From contig JARKQN010000102.1 of NCBI GenBank assembly GCA_029974835.1, positions 7,058-71,057 on the forward strand: a stretch of DNA of 64,000 bases, given 5' to 3'. Position numbers and translations under genes: made by a program. Source of the DNA: Bacteroidales bacterium (GTDB lineage Bacteria; Bacteroidota; Bacteroidia; Bacteroidales; VadinHA17). Below the pieces are notes generated by a model. It was given only the letters and a program-made list of their open reading frames with translations, was not told the origin of the DNA and ran no database searches. Below, in pieces: positions 39,844 to 50,599 of the stretch. The first letter of the stretch is position 1; each line of letters starts with the position of its first letter.

Positions 39844-39905
39844 CAAATATAAAAACAATAGGAGTGAGAGAATAATTTTCTTATGTTTGCTTCCGGTTAT
39901 ATTTG
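39844..39905. promoter_or_regulatory. Back-to-back -7 elements of the divergent ClC / T9SS-protein promoters
   Basis: TATATTTG on the minus strand (39844-39851); TATGTTTG (39882-39889) and TATATTTG (39898-39905) on the plus strand. Confidence 0.55.
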
Positions 39906-39932
39906 CACCTGCCTTATTATCAACCATGTATA

Positions 39933-41420
39933 ATGGCTTCCTTGTATAAGAGATTAATTATCCTGCTGCTGGTTTCATCTGTAATTCATACTGCAGGTGC
40001 ACAGACCGATATTAACCCCCCGGCACCACCGGTTTTAAGATTTCTTACACTGCATCCCGAAACAGGTTATACGGAACTGCAATGGATAAAAAGCCCATCG
40101 CCTGATGTGGCAGGATATGTAATTTATTACTTCAATAACAATGAAGGTTTTGCTATCGACACTGTTTACAATCCGAATGCCACTTCCTACATAAACACCG
40201 GTTCTGCAGCCAGGTTCAGAGAGGAAAAGTATGTGATTGCTGCTATTGACTCATCGGGAAACGTAAGCCCCCTCTCAAACCCTCTCAATACAATTTATCT
40301 GACAGTTACGGCCGATACATGTTTGGGAATAATCAGGGCCGGCTGGAATCAATACACGGGTTCGCCGGTTAATCTTACAGGCTATACGATTGCGGTATCG
40401 GAAAATAATGGCGATTTTTATGAAAAGGGGACAGTAGATCCCGGCAAAAACAGCTTCAGCATTGAATATATTGAACCCGGAGTCAGCTATTGTGCAGCGG
40501 TAAGGGCTGTTCTTGAGGGCGGGTTAATATCCTCTTCAAACGTCGGGTGCCTGACGGTCGACATGCTCCGGAACCCGTCATGGATAAACGCAGATTTTGC
40601 AACTGTGGAAGATGGTTTAATAAAGCTTTCATTCACCGTTGATCCGCTTTCCGAATCCACAAAATATAATATTGAGAGGAAAGCCGCTACCGATTCGGTT
40701 TTCAGAATAATCAAAACCCTGACAACCTCCTCCAAATCAATCTTATACTCCGACCCGGAAGCTGATGTAACCAAACGGTACATTTACAGGCTCGCTTCAC
40801 TGAACAGTTGCGGCAACGTCACAAAATACTCCAACCCTGCATCAAATATCCTTGCTGAACTTGCTTATGAAAACAACAAACTTATCCTGAAATGGAATAA
40901 ATACAACAGGTGGACTTATGGAATTTCAGAACAGACCCTGTATGCCGATTTCGGCAACGGGTATGCCGGATTCATATCGCTATCTCCTGCCGATTCTGTT
41001 CTCGAAATACCGTATAAAGACATATTGTACAGCATTACCGGGAAGAATTTCTGCTTTTATATCTCAGCCATTGAAGCTGCAGACATAACCGGTTTGCCCG
41101 GACAGTCCATATCCAATGTAGTTTGCGCAGAGGCCGATGAAAAGATATTTGTGCCGAATACCTTTACTCCAGACAATGATGGTAAAAACGATTATTTCAG
41201 TCCGGTGTTGTCATTCACCCCATCATCTTATAAGCTTCTCATAACCGACCGCAGGAATAACATTATTTTTGAAAGCAGTAACCCGGGGGAACAGTGGGAC
41301 GGAAGAAACAGGAGCGGGCCTGTCCCGAACGGGGTATATCTATGGTATCTGAGCGTAAAAACTCCATCGGGCAAAGATATCCGGAAGAGCGGAACAATTA
41401 CCGTCATTCGCAATTTCTGA
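39933..41420 (+). CDS. T9SS type-B CTD (gliding-motility-associated C-terminal domain) protein with FN3-like repeats
   Basis: Signal peptide ending in AGA|Q, FN3-like W..S...VAGYVIY segments and a C-terminal IFVPNTFTPDNDGKNDYF...WDG...NGVY. ATG 39933 preferred over TTG 39903. Confidence 0.85.
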   Translation: MASLYKRLIILLLVSSVIHTAGAQTDINPPAPPVLRFLTLHPETGYTELQWIKSPSPDVAGYVIYYFNNNEGFAIDTVYNPNATSYINTGSAARFREEKYVIAAIDSSGNVSPLSNPLNTIYLTVTADTCLGIIRAGWNQYTGSPVNLTGYTIAVSENNGDFYEKGTVDPGKNSFSIEYIEPGVSYCAAVRAVLEGGLISSSNVGCLTVDMLRNPSWINADFATVEDGLIKLSFTVDPLSESTKYNIERKAATDSVFRIIKTLTTSSKSILYSDPEADVTKRYIYRLASLNSCGNVTKYSNPASNILAELAYENNKLILKWNKYNRWTYGISEQTLYADFGNGYAGFISLSPADSVLEIPYKDILYSITGKNFCFYISAIEAADITGLPGQSISNVVCAEADEKIFVPNTFTPDNDGKNDYFSPVLSFTPSSYKLLITDRRNNIIFESSNPGEQWDGRNRSGPVPNGVYLWYLSVKTPSGKDIRKSGTITVIRNF

Positions 41421-41466
41421 CACACCCTTTTGGCTGTCAGTGTTTCCAATTAAACCTATATTGCAC

Positions 41467-41474
41467 TATATTTG
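41467..41474 (+). promoter_or_regulatory. -7 element TATATTTG
   Basis: Exact TAnnTTTG, 16 nt upstream of the relA/spoT ATG. Confidence 0.55.
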
Positions 41475-41490
41475 CAGGTAAGGTGGATGT

Positions 41491-43746
41491 ATGAGCAGGA
41501 AGGATGTTTTTGACGCTGAGGATGAAAAGCTGATTCAATCAGAATTTGAATCGCTTATGGCCAACCTTCACCGGTGCAAAAAGCCCGGCGACAGGGAACT
41601 GATTGAGAAAGCCTTTGGCGTTGCCAACAAGGCTCACTGGAACATGCGGCGCAAATCAGGTGAACCATATATCATCCACCCCTTAAACGTGGCCAAAATT
41701 GTAAATCATGAAATCGGCCTTGGTGCCACTTCAATTGCCACCGCACTTCTGCACGATGTTGTTGAAGACACGGAATACAGCCTCGATGACGTAAAAAGAG
41801 ATTTCGGAGAAAAGATTGCATCGCTTATTGACGGACTGACAAAACTGTCAGGCACCTATAACAAAAATGAATCAACCTCACTGCAGGCCGAGAATTTCAG
41901 AAAAATGCTGCTTACCATCTCGGATGACCTGAGGGTTATTCTCATCAAAATAGCTGACAGGCTTCACAACATGAGGACTCTCGATTCTCTGCCCGAGCAT
42001 AAGAAAATGAAGCTCGCCGGCGAGACGGTGTTCCTGTATGCCCCGCTGGCTGCAAGGCTGGGGCTATATGCAATCAAAACAGAACTTGAGGACCTCAGTT
42101 TCAAGTACCGGCATCCAAGGATTTTCGAGGAGATCCAGTCGAAGCTGAAGCATAACGAAAAGAAATATCTCTCATTAATAAACAAGTTCTCCCTCCCCAT
42201 TATTGAGAAACTTAACGAAGCCGGGTACAAATATGACATTACGGGTCGACAGAAATCGGTCTATTCCATCTGGAAGAAAATGCAGGCGAAGAACGTTCCT
42301 TTTGAAGAGATATACGACGTTCTCGCCGTCAGAATAATTTTTGAACCTCTGCCCGGGATTTCAGAAAAAACCCAGTGCTGGAATATTTATTCCATCATCA
42401 CCGACACCTATCTCCCAAAACCAGACAGGCTGCGCGACTGGCTAAGCAGGCCTAAACCGAATGGCTATGAGGCTCTCCATGTGACTGTCATGGGGCCGGA
42501 AGGCAAATGGGTGGAGGTGCAGATAAGAAGCACACGAATGGATGAGATAGCCGAAAGAGGCTATGCAGCTCACTGGAAATACAAGGGAGACGACTCACAG
42601 GAAAGCGAGCTGGACAAATGGATAAAGAAGATAAGGGTTATGCTCGAAAACCCGCTTGAAGACCCTGCAGAGTTTCTTGACGATTTCAAAATGAACCTCT
42701 TCTCTTCAGAGATCATGGTCTTCACCCCGAAAGGTTTTATTATAAACCTGCCCAAGGGTGCAACAGCCCTGGATTTCGCGTATGAAATACATACTGAAGT
42801 CGGAAATAAAGCCATCGGAGCAAAAATCAACTATAAACTGATGCCTCTCAACACGCCTCTCAACAGCGGCGACCAGGTTGAGATAATTACATCTGAGATA
42901 GCCTCTCCCCAGAAGGAATGGCTCAGCTGGGTACATACTCCAAGGGCAAGATCTGCTGTAAGCAACGCACTTAAATCCATCTCCAAAGACCGCATTACCA
43001 GGGGTAAAGCAATACTCGAGGAAAAACTTACCGAAATCGGACTTACGCCCGGGCCCGACATCCTCAGAAAAATCATGACCGAATACGAAATAGCGAATAA
43101 GGAAGAGCTATATTCAAAGGTTGGCCTGGGTATAATAACTCTTGACAATCTTAAAAAAATACTCCGGAAGAATCCGGAAAAAAACACAATTCAATACTGG
43201 GGACTTAAACTGATAGGATCAAAAAAGGAAAAGAGTCCGGCCGGCACAAAGAATCCGAAAACGTTCAGCAGGGAGCAGCCATTTCTACTGCGCGAGAATA
43301 TCGAAGGACCTGACCAGGACTATGAGATTGCAAAATGCTGCAACCCCATTCCCGGAGATGAGGTTGTTGGTTACCTTTCACCCGAGAATGAAATAATCAT
43401 CCATAAACCTGAATGCCCTGTCGCCATCAGGTTGATGTCGAATGAGGGAAACCGTATTATTTCGGTAAAATGGACTATTCATAAACTGCAGTCATTCCTT
43501 GTAAGGATTAAAATGTCGGGTATAGACCGCATCGGACTTATAAACGACGTAACAAAAATAATTTCAGAAGAACTTAAGGTGAATATGAGGAACATAAATG
43601 TATCGGTCAACGACTCTATTTTTGAAGGAACCATCGACCTGTATGTTCATCATACGCGCGACCTTAACAACCTGATAATGAAGATTTCAGGAGTCAAAGG
43701 CATTGAAAGGGTAAGCCGCATTGAGGATTACACGGGAATAAGCTGA
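41491..43746 (+). CDS. spoT: Long RSH bifunctional (p)ppGpp synthetase/hydrolase
   Basis: Intact HD hydrolase (ALLHDVVED), synthetase YEALH...EVQIRS, TGS (LPKGATALDFAY), CCNPIPGD and ACT domains. Confidence 0.93.
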   Translation: MSRKDVFDAEDEKLIQSEFESLMANLHRCKKPGDRELIEKAFGVANKAHWNMRRKSGEPYIIHPLNVAKIVNHEIGLGATSIATALLHDVVEDTEYSLDDVKRDFGEKIASLIDGLTKLSGTYNKNESTSLQAENFRKMLLTISDDLRVILIKIADRLHNMRTLDSLPEHKKMKLAGETVFLYAPLAARLGLYAIKTELEDLSFKYRHPRIFEEIQSKLKHNEKKYLSLINKFSLPIIEKLNEAGYKYDITGRQKSVYSIWKKMQAKNVPFEEIYDVLAVRIIFEPLPGISEKTQCWNIYSIITDTYLPKPDRLRDWLSRPKPNGYEALHVTVMGPEGKWVEVQIRSTRMDEIAERGYAAHWKYKGDDSQESELDKWIKKIRVMLENPLEDPAEFLDDFKMNLFSSEIMVFTPKGFIINLPKGATALDFAYEIHTEVGNKAIGAKINYKLMPLNTPLNSGDQVEIITSEIASPQKEWLSWVHTPRARSAVSNALKSISKDRITRGKAILEEKLTEIGLTPGPDILRKIMTEYEIANKEELYSKVGLGIITLDNLKKILRKNPEKNTIQYWGLKLIGSKKEKSPAGTKNPKTFSREQPFLLRENIEGPDQDYEIAKCCNPIPGDEVVGYLSPENEIIIHKPECPVAIRLMSNEGNRIISVKWTIHKLQSFLVRIKMSGIDRIGLINDVTKIISEELKVNMRNINVSVNDSIFEGTIDLYVHHTRDLNNLIMKISGVKGIERVSRIEDYTGIS

Positions 43747-43788
43747 CCCGCCGGGCCTGAGGTTTCCTGACAATTTAAAACCGAAGAG

Positions 43789-44271
43789 ATGAATACTGAT
43801 AACAGGGCAATAGTAAGACAGATACTCACCGACTATCTTGAAAGGAACGGACACCGTAAAACACCCGAGAGATATGCTATCCTGGATGAGATTTATTCCC
43901 GAACCGGGCATTTCGATATAGAGTCGCTCTATATATCAATGAGAAACAAAAAATACAGGGTAAGCAGGGCAACCCTCTACAATACCATCGACCTTCTTCT
44001 CGACGCCCGTCTGGTTGTAAGACACCAGTTCGGTAAAAGTAAATCGCATTTTGAGAAAGCTTTCCAGTGCGGACAGCACGATCATATTATTGAGATGGAG
44101 TCAGGCAGGGTGATTGAATTCTGCGACCCCCGTATAAATGAGATAATAAAAACTGCATGCGATCTGAACGGTTTTGAGCCTCTCTTCCATTCCCTTTACA
44201 TTTACGGCAGGAAACGCACTGCAGGAAAAACAAAAGGGTCTCTCTTAAAAAAAGATACAAACAATTTTTAA
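43789..44271 (+). CDS. fur: Fur family transcriptional regulator
   Basis: [22 protein letters not shown] and QHDHII...VIEF. Confidence 0.85.
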   Translation: MNTDNRAIVRQILTDYLERNGHRKTPERYAILDEIYSRTGHFDIESLYISMRNKKYRVSRATLYNTIDLLLDARLVVRHQFGKSKSHFEKAFQCGQHDHIIEMESGRVIEFCDPRINEIIKTACDLNGFEPLFHSLYIYGRKRTAGKTKGSLLKKDTNNF

Positions 44272-44303
44272 GACAGACCCCCTTAATAAGGTACACAGCT
44301 CTT

Positions 44304-44948
44304 TTAAAAAGCGTATCCGAAAGAGACTCCGAAAGGAATTGCTACAGAGTTTTTGCTTTTGAATTCTTCCTGATCAAAGCTTGTTCCGCTTACGGTATAT
44401 TTCCTCGATACAAAGCCCATCCCGGTAAAGATATCCAGTGTAAAGCCTCCCGAGGTAATCATCTGGTAACCGATTACGCCATTTATATGAAGCTTGGTAC
44501 CGGTTATCTTATCATTTTCATTATCCTTGCTCTTAATGGTAGCTGTTGCGTAGGAAAAATGAGGGCCGATATAGAAACCTTCCGGAGCCTGCAGATCCCT
44601 GCTTATGAACATCTTGTACCAGGCCTGGCCCCTGAAGCCGCCTGTTTTTACACCTGACACCTCACCGCCCTCGCTGGTAAGCTCATCAAGATTGACCAGA
44701 ATGCTGGGGCCGATATAGCTTGCACCAACCTGGATTGAACTCTTTTTCGAGACAGCGCTTTCAAGGAATACCTTGTATTCGCCGGTAACAGGTATAACAA
44801 CAACCCAGAAAGGTCCGCCCAATGCCGAAAGAGGATTGGTTTTGATGGTAAATTTGTACTCCTTTCCTGATGCTTCCTGAGATTGTACAGTCTGAGAAGC
44901 AAACAATAAGGCAACCGAAATAAAAAATAGAACAAAAAGCTTTTTCAT
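44304..44948 (-). CDS. Small outer-membrane beta-barrel, DUF3575-like
   Basis: Signal peptide, IKTNPL, amphipathic strands and a C-terminal GYAF. Confidence 0.7.
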   Translation of the reverse strand: MKKLFVLFFISVALLFASQTVQSQEASGKEYKFTIKTNPLSALGGPFWVVVIPVTGEYKVFLESAVSKKSSIQVGASYIGPSILVNLDELTSEGGEVSGVKTGGFRGQAWYKMFISRDLQAPEGFYIGPHFSYATATIKSKDNENDKITGTKLHINGVIGYQMITSGGFTLDIFTGMGFVSRKYTVSGTSFDQEEFKSKNSVAIPFGVSFGYAF

Positions 44949-45160
44949 GGTTTAAGTATTTTTCCTGTTTGTTATTTAAAAAATAAAATTAATAAAATTC
45001 ATGTTTAATTACAAGTAATTGTCCGTTTATATTACCACATTTTAACAAATAACTTCCTGATTAAGTTTTTATTGTAGTAGTTATCAACAATATTAAGGCC
45101 AGGTGAATGCTTTATTATTTTATTCGTAACTTGTGAGGCATTTAAAGATCTTTCGGAGAT

Positions 45161-46423
45161 ATGAAGTTTGACATCTTACTTGGCCTGCAATGGGGCGACG
45201 AGGGAAAGGGAAAAATAGTTGACGTTCTGGGAGGAAATTATGATCTCATAGCCAGATTCCAGGGAGGTCCAAACGCAGGTCACTCCATAGAGTTCAATAA
45301 CAAAAAGTTTATTCTTCATCTCATTCCGTCAGGAATTTTCAGTCCGCACACCCTTAATCTTATTGGAAACGGTGTGGTAATCGATCCCGCAGTCTTTAGG
45401 AAGGAGGTTGAGAGCCTGGGCATTCCGGTCGAAGAAGCAAAAAAACGTCTGATCATATCCAGAAAAGCCCATTTGATTCTCCCCGGGCACAGAATTCTTG
45501 ATGCCGCAATAGAATCAGACAAAGGTTGCCGGAAGATAGGATCTACCCTCAGGGGCATCGGACCGGCCTATACCGACAAGGTGGCACGAAATGGTCTCCG
45601 TGCCGGTGATATTTTCTCTGCAGATTTTGAAGCAAGGTATAAAAAAGCCCTTGGCGAACACCGCAGAATCGCAGCAATGTATAACTTCAGTTACGACCTT
45701 TCAGAGTATGAAGCAGGGTGGTTTGAAGGGATAGAGATGATGAGGGATTTCAAAATCATTAACTCGGAATATCTTGTAAACAACCTGCTTGCATCCGGTA
45801 AAAAGATACTTGCCGAAGGGGCACAGGGAACCATGCTTGATGTTGATTTCGGTTCATACCCGTATGTAACATCCTCAAACACAATAAGTGCAGGGGCATG
45901 CACGGGGCTTGGTATCGCCCCGGGCCACACGGGAGAAGTGTTTGGCATTTTCAAGGCTTATTGCACCCGTGTGGGAAGCGGTCCGTTCCCGACAGAACTT
46001 GAAGACGATACGGGTGAATATCTGAGAAAAAAAGGCGCCGAATTCGGCTCCACCACCGGAAGACCCAGACGGTGCGGATGGCTTGACCTTCCTGCCCTTA
46101 AATACGCAATAATGATTAACGGGGTTACCAAACTTTTCCTGACCAAAGCCGATGTGCTGACAGGCCTGGAGAAGTTAAAAATCTGCACCTCATATCTTTG
46201 TCACGGAACGGAAACAACCGAGGTTCCCTTCGACCAGGATAATGAGATTATTCCTGTTTACACTGAGCTGGAAGCGTGGAAAGAGGACATATCGCGATTT
46301 AAAAACTATAATGATCTGCCCGCTTCGCTGAAGGAATTTGTCGCCTTCATTGAGAAAAACACCGGTTTGCCGGTTGCGATAATCTCAACAGGTCCCGACA
46401 GAAATCAGACTATTTTCAGATAG
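45161..46423 (+). CDS. purA: Adenylosuccinate synthetase
   Basis: GLQWGDEGKGK, QGGPNAGH, EGAQGTMLD and TTGRPRRCGWLD. Confidence 0.98.
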   Translation: MKFDILLGLQWGDEGKGKIVDVLGGNYDLIARFQGGPNAGHSIEFNNKKFILHLIPSGIFSPHTLNLIGNGVVIDPAVFRKEVESLGIPVEEAKKRLIISRKAHLILPGHRILDAAIESDKGCRKIGSTLRGIGPAYTDKVARNGLRAGDIFSADFEARYKKALGEHRRIAAMYNFSYDLSEYEAGWFEGIEMMRDFKIINSEYLVNNLLASGKKILAEGAQGTMLDVDFGSYPYVTSSNTISAGACTGLGIAPGHTGEVFGIFKAYCTRVGSGPFPTELEDDTGEYLRKKGAEFGSTTGRPRRCGWLDLPALKYAIMINGVTKLFLTKADVLTGLEKLKICTSYLCHGTETTEVPFDQDNEIIPVYTELEAWKEDISRFKNYNDLPASLKEFVAFIEKNTGLPVAIISTGPDRNQTIFR

Positions 46424-46426
46424 CTT

Positions 46427-46445
46427 CCCGGATTATCCCGGGTTT
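46427..46445. terminator. Putative terminator between purA and the SPOR gene
   Basis: CCCGG-N6-CCGGG stem followed by TTT. Confidence 0.4.
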
Positions 46446-46446
46446 C

Positions 46447-46920
46447 CTATTTCCTGAACACATATATCCAGGAATCAAAGGCAACGGTATCCCTGAACTG
46501 CTCCAGTCGTTTCACCGCCGTTCCCAGCTTCTCGTGTGCTTCCACAGCCACCATTTCAAATCTGGTTCCCTCAAGAGGAATCAACCTCGCATCAGGGTAT
46601 CCCTGTGATTTGTATTTTTCAAGAAGCCGTGAAGCATATTCAGGGGTTACAAAACTTCCGACAATAATATTGTACTTATATTTTCTGGCCCATTCAAGCT
46701 TCTGCTGTTCTGCAAGGCGTTCAGCTTCAAGCCTCTGGTTCTCCAGATCAATCCTTTCCTGAACCGCCTTCAGGGAGTCGGCTACCCTCAGGCTGTCCTG
46801 TCTTGCCTTCCAGACTGCCATCGTATCGGCCTTTCGTCCGAAAATACCCTTCTCCTTTAACCAGCGGCATGACGTAAAGGGAAGCATAAGAAGTATAATA
46901 AAGATTATTAAGTTTTTCAT
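46447..46920 (-). CDS. SPOR-domain lipoprotein
   Basis: Lipobox FTSC, a coiled-coil linker and YNIIVGSF...A. ATG 46920 preferred; TATATTTG at 46969-46976 on the minus strand. Confidence 0.75.
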   Translation of the reverse strand: MKNLIIFIILLMLPFTSCRWLKEKGIFGRKADTMAVWKARQDSLRVADSLKAVQERIDLENQRLEAERLAEQQKLEWARKYKYNIIVGSFVTPEYASRLLEKYKSQGYPDARLIPLEGTRFEMVAVEAHEKLGTAVKRLEQFRDTVAFDSWIYVFRK

Positions 46921-47083
46921 AGCCAAAATTTTATAATTAACACCGGATTTATTCACAAATATTTACTTCAAATATACTAAATATAAAAAACACAGACAAT
47001 TATTTGCTTTGTGCAGAGAAAATACGGAAATTTAATAAATTATTATCTTAGTCCAATTCAAATATTAACCAAACCGGCCATAT

Positions 47084-48997
47084 ATGAAATCAATAGTACA
47101 GTTTTTTGAAGAGAATGCTGAGAAATTTAACAATAATGTTTACCTGTGGGAGAAACCGGGTGAAAAATACGAAGGGACAACCTACGGGGATGTAAGGAAA
47201 CAGGTGCATGAGTTTGCAGCAGGACTTATTAAGATGGGCGTAAGGAAGGGTGACCGCATAAGCCTTATCTCAGAGGGAAGAAATAACTGGGTTATAGGGG
47301 AACTTGGCGTATTGTACACCGGTGCCGTAAATGTTCCTTTATCGGTTAAACTGCAGCCTGATGAAATTAAATTCCGTGTAAATCACTCAGGGTCAAGGAT
47401 GATAATGGTCTCAACCAGCCAGTACGCCAAGCTGAAAGAAGTTATCAAAGATTGTCCCGGACTTGAAAGGATAATTCATTTCGACACCCAGGAGGAATAC
47501 CATGCAGGCGAAATTCATTTCAATGAAGTAAAGAAAACCGGTAAGGAATGGCTTGAAAATCCCGAAAACCGGGAAACCTTCGAGAAGATATATAAAAGCG
47601 TTGAGCCTTCCGACTTTGCAAATATCTGTTATACAAGCGGAACAACTGCCGACCCGAAGGGTATAATACTGACTCATGGCAATTACGTGACTAACGTCTA
47701 TCAGTCCTATTCCCTGATGGACATTCCTCCCTTTTTCAAGACTCTGATAATACTTCCGTGGGATCATTCATTCGGCCACACATGCGGCATTTACGCATTT
47801 ATGGGAAAAGGTGCCAGCATTGCATCTGTGAAGGCGGGTAAGACCCCTATGGAAACTCTCCGCAACATACCTGTCTGCCTGAAGGAGATAAGACCCAACC
47901 TTCTGCTCAGCGTTCCTGCCCTTGCAAAAAACTTCAGGAAAAACATTGAAAAGGGTATTCACGAAAAAGGAAAATTTACCGAAATACTTTTCAACCATGC
48001 ACTGAAAACAGCCTATGCTTACAACAAAGAAGGATACAACAGGGGTAAAGGATTGCAGAGGCTGAAGAAACCGCTGTTAAAGCTATATGATAAAATCCTC
48101 TTCAGTAAAATAAGGAATGTTTTCGGAGGAGAACTTGAATATTTTGTCGGCGGCGGGGCGCTCCTCGACATTGAACTGCAGAGGTTTTATTATGCCCTGG
48201 GTATTCCGATGTTCCAGGGTTACGGCCTCACGGAAGCGTCACCCGTCATTTCATCCAATTCAAAGGAACGCCATAAACTTGGTTCATCGGGAGTTCTCGT
48301 CAACAACATGGAACTTAAGATTTGTGATGAAGATGGAAGGGAACTGCCGACCGGAGAAAAAGGTGAGATTGTGATACGGGGAGGAAATGTAATGCACGGA
48401 TACTGGAAGAATGAAAAGGCCACAGCCGAAGCCATAAGGGACGGATGGCTCCATACCGGCGACATGGGCTATATGAGCGAGGACGGCTTCCTTTATGTCC
48501 TTGGAAGATTTAAGAGCCTGCTTATTGCCGACGACGGTGAAAAGTTCAGCCCGGAGGGTATAGAAGAAGCCATCAGCGAACAGTCGAAATACATCGACCA
48601 GTGCATGCTTTACAATAACCAGAAGCCTTATACCGTGGCACTTGTGGTACCCAACCAGCATGCTCTCAAATTATACCTCGAAGAAAAAGGCCTTACAGCC
48701 GATTCCGATGAGGGCAAAAGAGCCGTACTTAACCTTATCGAGGCAGAAATCGACGAATACCGCACAAACGGCAAATACGGATCCATGTTCCCGCAGAGAT
48801 GGCTTCCCGTAGCAATCGGGGTGCTCGAGGAGGGCTGGACCGAAGAAAACGGACTGATGAATTCAACCATGAAGATAGTCAGGGGTAAGATAATGGACAG
48901 ATATGCCGATCTGATCGAATACCTCTACACTCCCGTTGCAAAGGTGATCACCCACGAAAGAAACATGGAAGAGGTTGAAAAAATGAAACTTGGCTGA
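47084..48997 (+). CDS. Long-chain fatty-acid--CoA ligase (AMP-binding)
   Basis: CYTSGTTADPKG, QGYGLTE, WLHTGDMG and GRFK. Confidence 0.92.
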   Translation: MKSIVQFFEENAEKFNNNVYLWEKPGEKYEGTTYGDVRKQVHEFAAGLIKMGVRKGDRISLISEGRNNWVIGELGVLYTGAVNVPLSVKLQPDEIKFRVNHSGSRMIMVSTSQYAKLKEVIKDCPGLERIIHFDTQEEYHAGEIHFNEVKKTGKEWLENPENRETFEKIYKSVEPSDFANICYTSGTTADPKGIILTHGNYVTNVYQSYSLMDIPPFFKTLIILPWDHSFGHTCGIYAFMGKGASIASVKAGKTPMETLRNIPVCLKEIRPNLLLSVPALAKNFRKNIEKGIHEKGKFTEILFNHALKTAYAYNKEGYNRGKGLQRLKKPLLKLYDKILFSKIRNVFGGELEYFVGGGALLDIELQRFYYALGIPMFQGYGLTEASPVISSNSKERHKLGSSGVLVNNMELKICDEDGRELPTGEKGEIVIRGGNVMHGYWKNEKATAEAIRDGWLHTGDMGYMSEDGFLYVLGRFKSLLIADDGEKFSPEGIEEAISEQSKYIDQCMLYNNQKPYTVALVVPNQHALKLYLEEKGLTADSDEGKRAVLNLIEAEIDEYRTNGKYGSMFPQRWLPVAIGVLEEGWTEENGLMNSTMKIVRGKIMDRYADLIEYLYTPVAKVITHERNMEEVEKMKLG

Positions 48998-49093
48998 AAC
49001 CCTGACTTACATATAATTTTATAAACATAATAAATATCATGTTAGCGGTACTGTTAAAATAGTACCTTTGGCGCTTCATTATTTAAGGTTGAA

Positions 49094-50554
49094 ATGGTTA
49101 ATTTAAATGGGCTGGAACCTGGCGGTGTTTGGAAATATTTCGATGAGATACGCAAAATTCCACGCCTTTCGAAACACGAGGAAAAAATCAGAAAATATCT
49201 TCTTGACTTTGCAGCGGAGAACAGGCTGCAGGCGTTTGAAGACAAAACAGGGAATATACTTATCATAAAACCCGCTTCCCCTGGATACGGGAAAATAAAA
49301 AGCGTTATTCTCCAGAGCCACATGGATATGGTCGGGGAAAAGGAAGCCGGCAATCCGCATAAATGGGATACTGATCCTGTAGAGATCGAGGTTATTGACG
49401 GATGGGTCAGAGCAAAAGGCACAACTCTGGGCGCGGATGATGGTATCGGTATTGCTGCCCAGCTTGCAATACTTTCAGACCCCGACCTGAAAACAGGCCG
49501 CATCGAGGCTCTCTTCACCGTCGACGAAGAAACGGGGATGACCGGTGCGATAAACATCAGTCCTGATTTTCTTTCCGGAACCATACTGATAAACCTGGAT
49601 TCTGAAGACGAAGGAATTATGTATATAGGATGTGCCGGAGGTATGGACACCCTTATAGACATAAAGAGCAGGATGGTCAAAGCGCCGGAAGGATCGGCAG
49701 GATATGAAATTAAAATTAACGGACTCCGCGGCGGCCATTCAGGTGACGAAATTCATAAGGGCTTTGGAAATTCCATTAAAATCATGACAGAACTCCTGTC
49801 GCGTATCTCCTCAAAATCCAATGTCTGCATAAACCGCTTTGACGGCGGAAATATCAGAAATGCAATACCTAGAGAGGCCCAGGCGGTCATTGCCATACCC
49901 GAAGAGTTTTCAGACAATCTCGAACGGGAGGTGAAAAATTTTGCCATAAACATTAAGGAAAGATTCGGGGATATTGAGCCGGATTTTAAAATTACCTTCC
50001 GTAAAATACCGGCCCCGGAAAATGTCATGCACGCAGACGATCAGCAGAAACTCCTTGAGGCAATCACTGAATGCCCGCACGGGGTAATTGCCTGGTCGAA
50101 GGAGATGCCAAACCTTGTTGAAACTTCCACCAATCTTGCATCAATAAAATTCTCTGTCAACGGTGATATCAGGATTGTTACCACACAGAGAAGTTCAGTA
50201 GATTCGTCAAAACATGAGATTGCTGAAAGGGTGAAGAAATGTTTCGAAAAAACAGGCGCATCGGTAATTTCCACCGACGGCTACCCTGGTTGGAAACCGA
50301 ATCTTTCGTCGGAAATATTGAATATAACGTTGAAGGCCTATCATAAAATCTTTAACACTGAAGCCTCGGTAATGGCAATTCATGCCGGGCTTGAGTGCGG
50401 CTTGTTTTACGAAAAGAACCCCGGAATCGACATGATTTCTTTTGGCCCCACCATCAGGGGAGCTCATACGCCTGGTGAAAAGATCGAGATAGCCTCGGTG
50501 AAGAAATTCTGGGATCTGCTTCTGGAGGTTCTGCGGAATATTCCCGAAAACTAA
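49094..50554 (+). CDS. pepD: Aminoacyl-histidine dipeptidase (M20C)
   Basis: LQSHMDMV, TTLGADDGIG, TVDEETG, NLDSED, GGHSG and IHAGLECG. Confidence 0.93.
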   Translation: MVNLNGLEPGGVWKYFDEIRKIPRLSKHEEKIRKYLLDFAAENRLQAFEDKTGNILIIKPASPGYGKIKSVILQSHMDMVGEKEAGNPHKWDTDPVEIEVIDGWVRAKGTTLGADDGIGIAAQLAILSDPDLKTGRIEALFTVDEETGMTGAINISPDFLSGTILINLDSEDEGIMYIGCAGGMDTLIDIKSRMVKAPEGSAGYEIKINGLRGGHSGDEIHKGFGNSIKIMTELLSRISSKSNVCINRFDGGNIRNAIPREAQAVIAIPEEFSDNLEREVKNFAINIKERFGDIEPDFKITFRKIPAPENVMHADDQQKLLEAITECPHGVIAWSKEMPNLVETSTNLASIKFSVNGDIRIVTTQRSSVDSSKHEIAERVKKCFEKTGASVISTDGYPGWKPNLSSEILNITLKAYHKIFNTEASVMAIHAGLECGLFYEKNPGIDMISFGPTIRGAHTPGEKIEIASVKKFWDLLLEVLRNIPEN

Positions 50555-50599
50555 AACAGCAGCTCTTCTTCCCAGTTCTCTCCCTGTCATCTTTCTCAC

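Noticed and set aside
49054-49680. 208-aa minus-strand ORF
   Set aside because: Antisense shadow of pepD.
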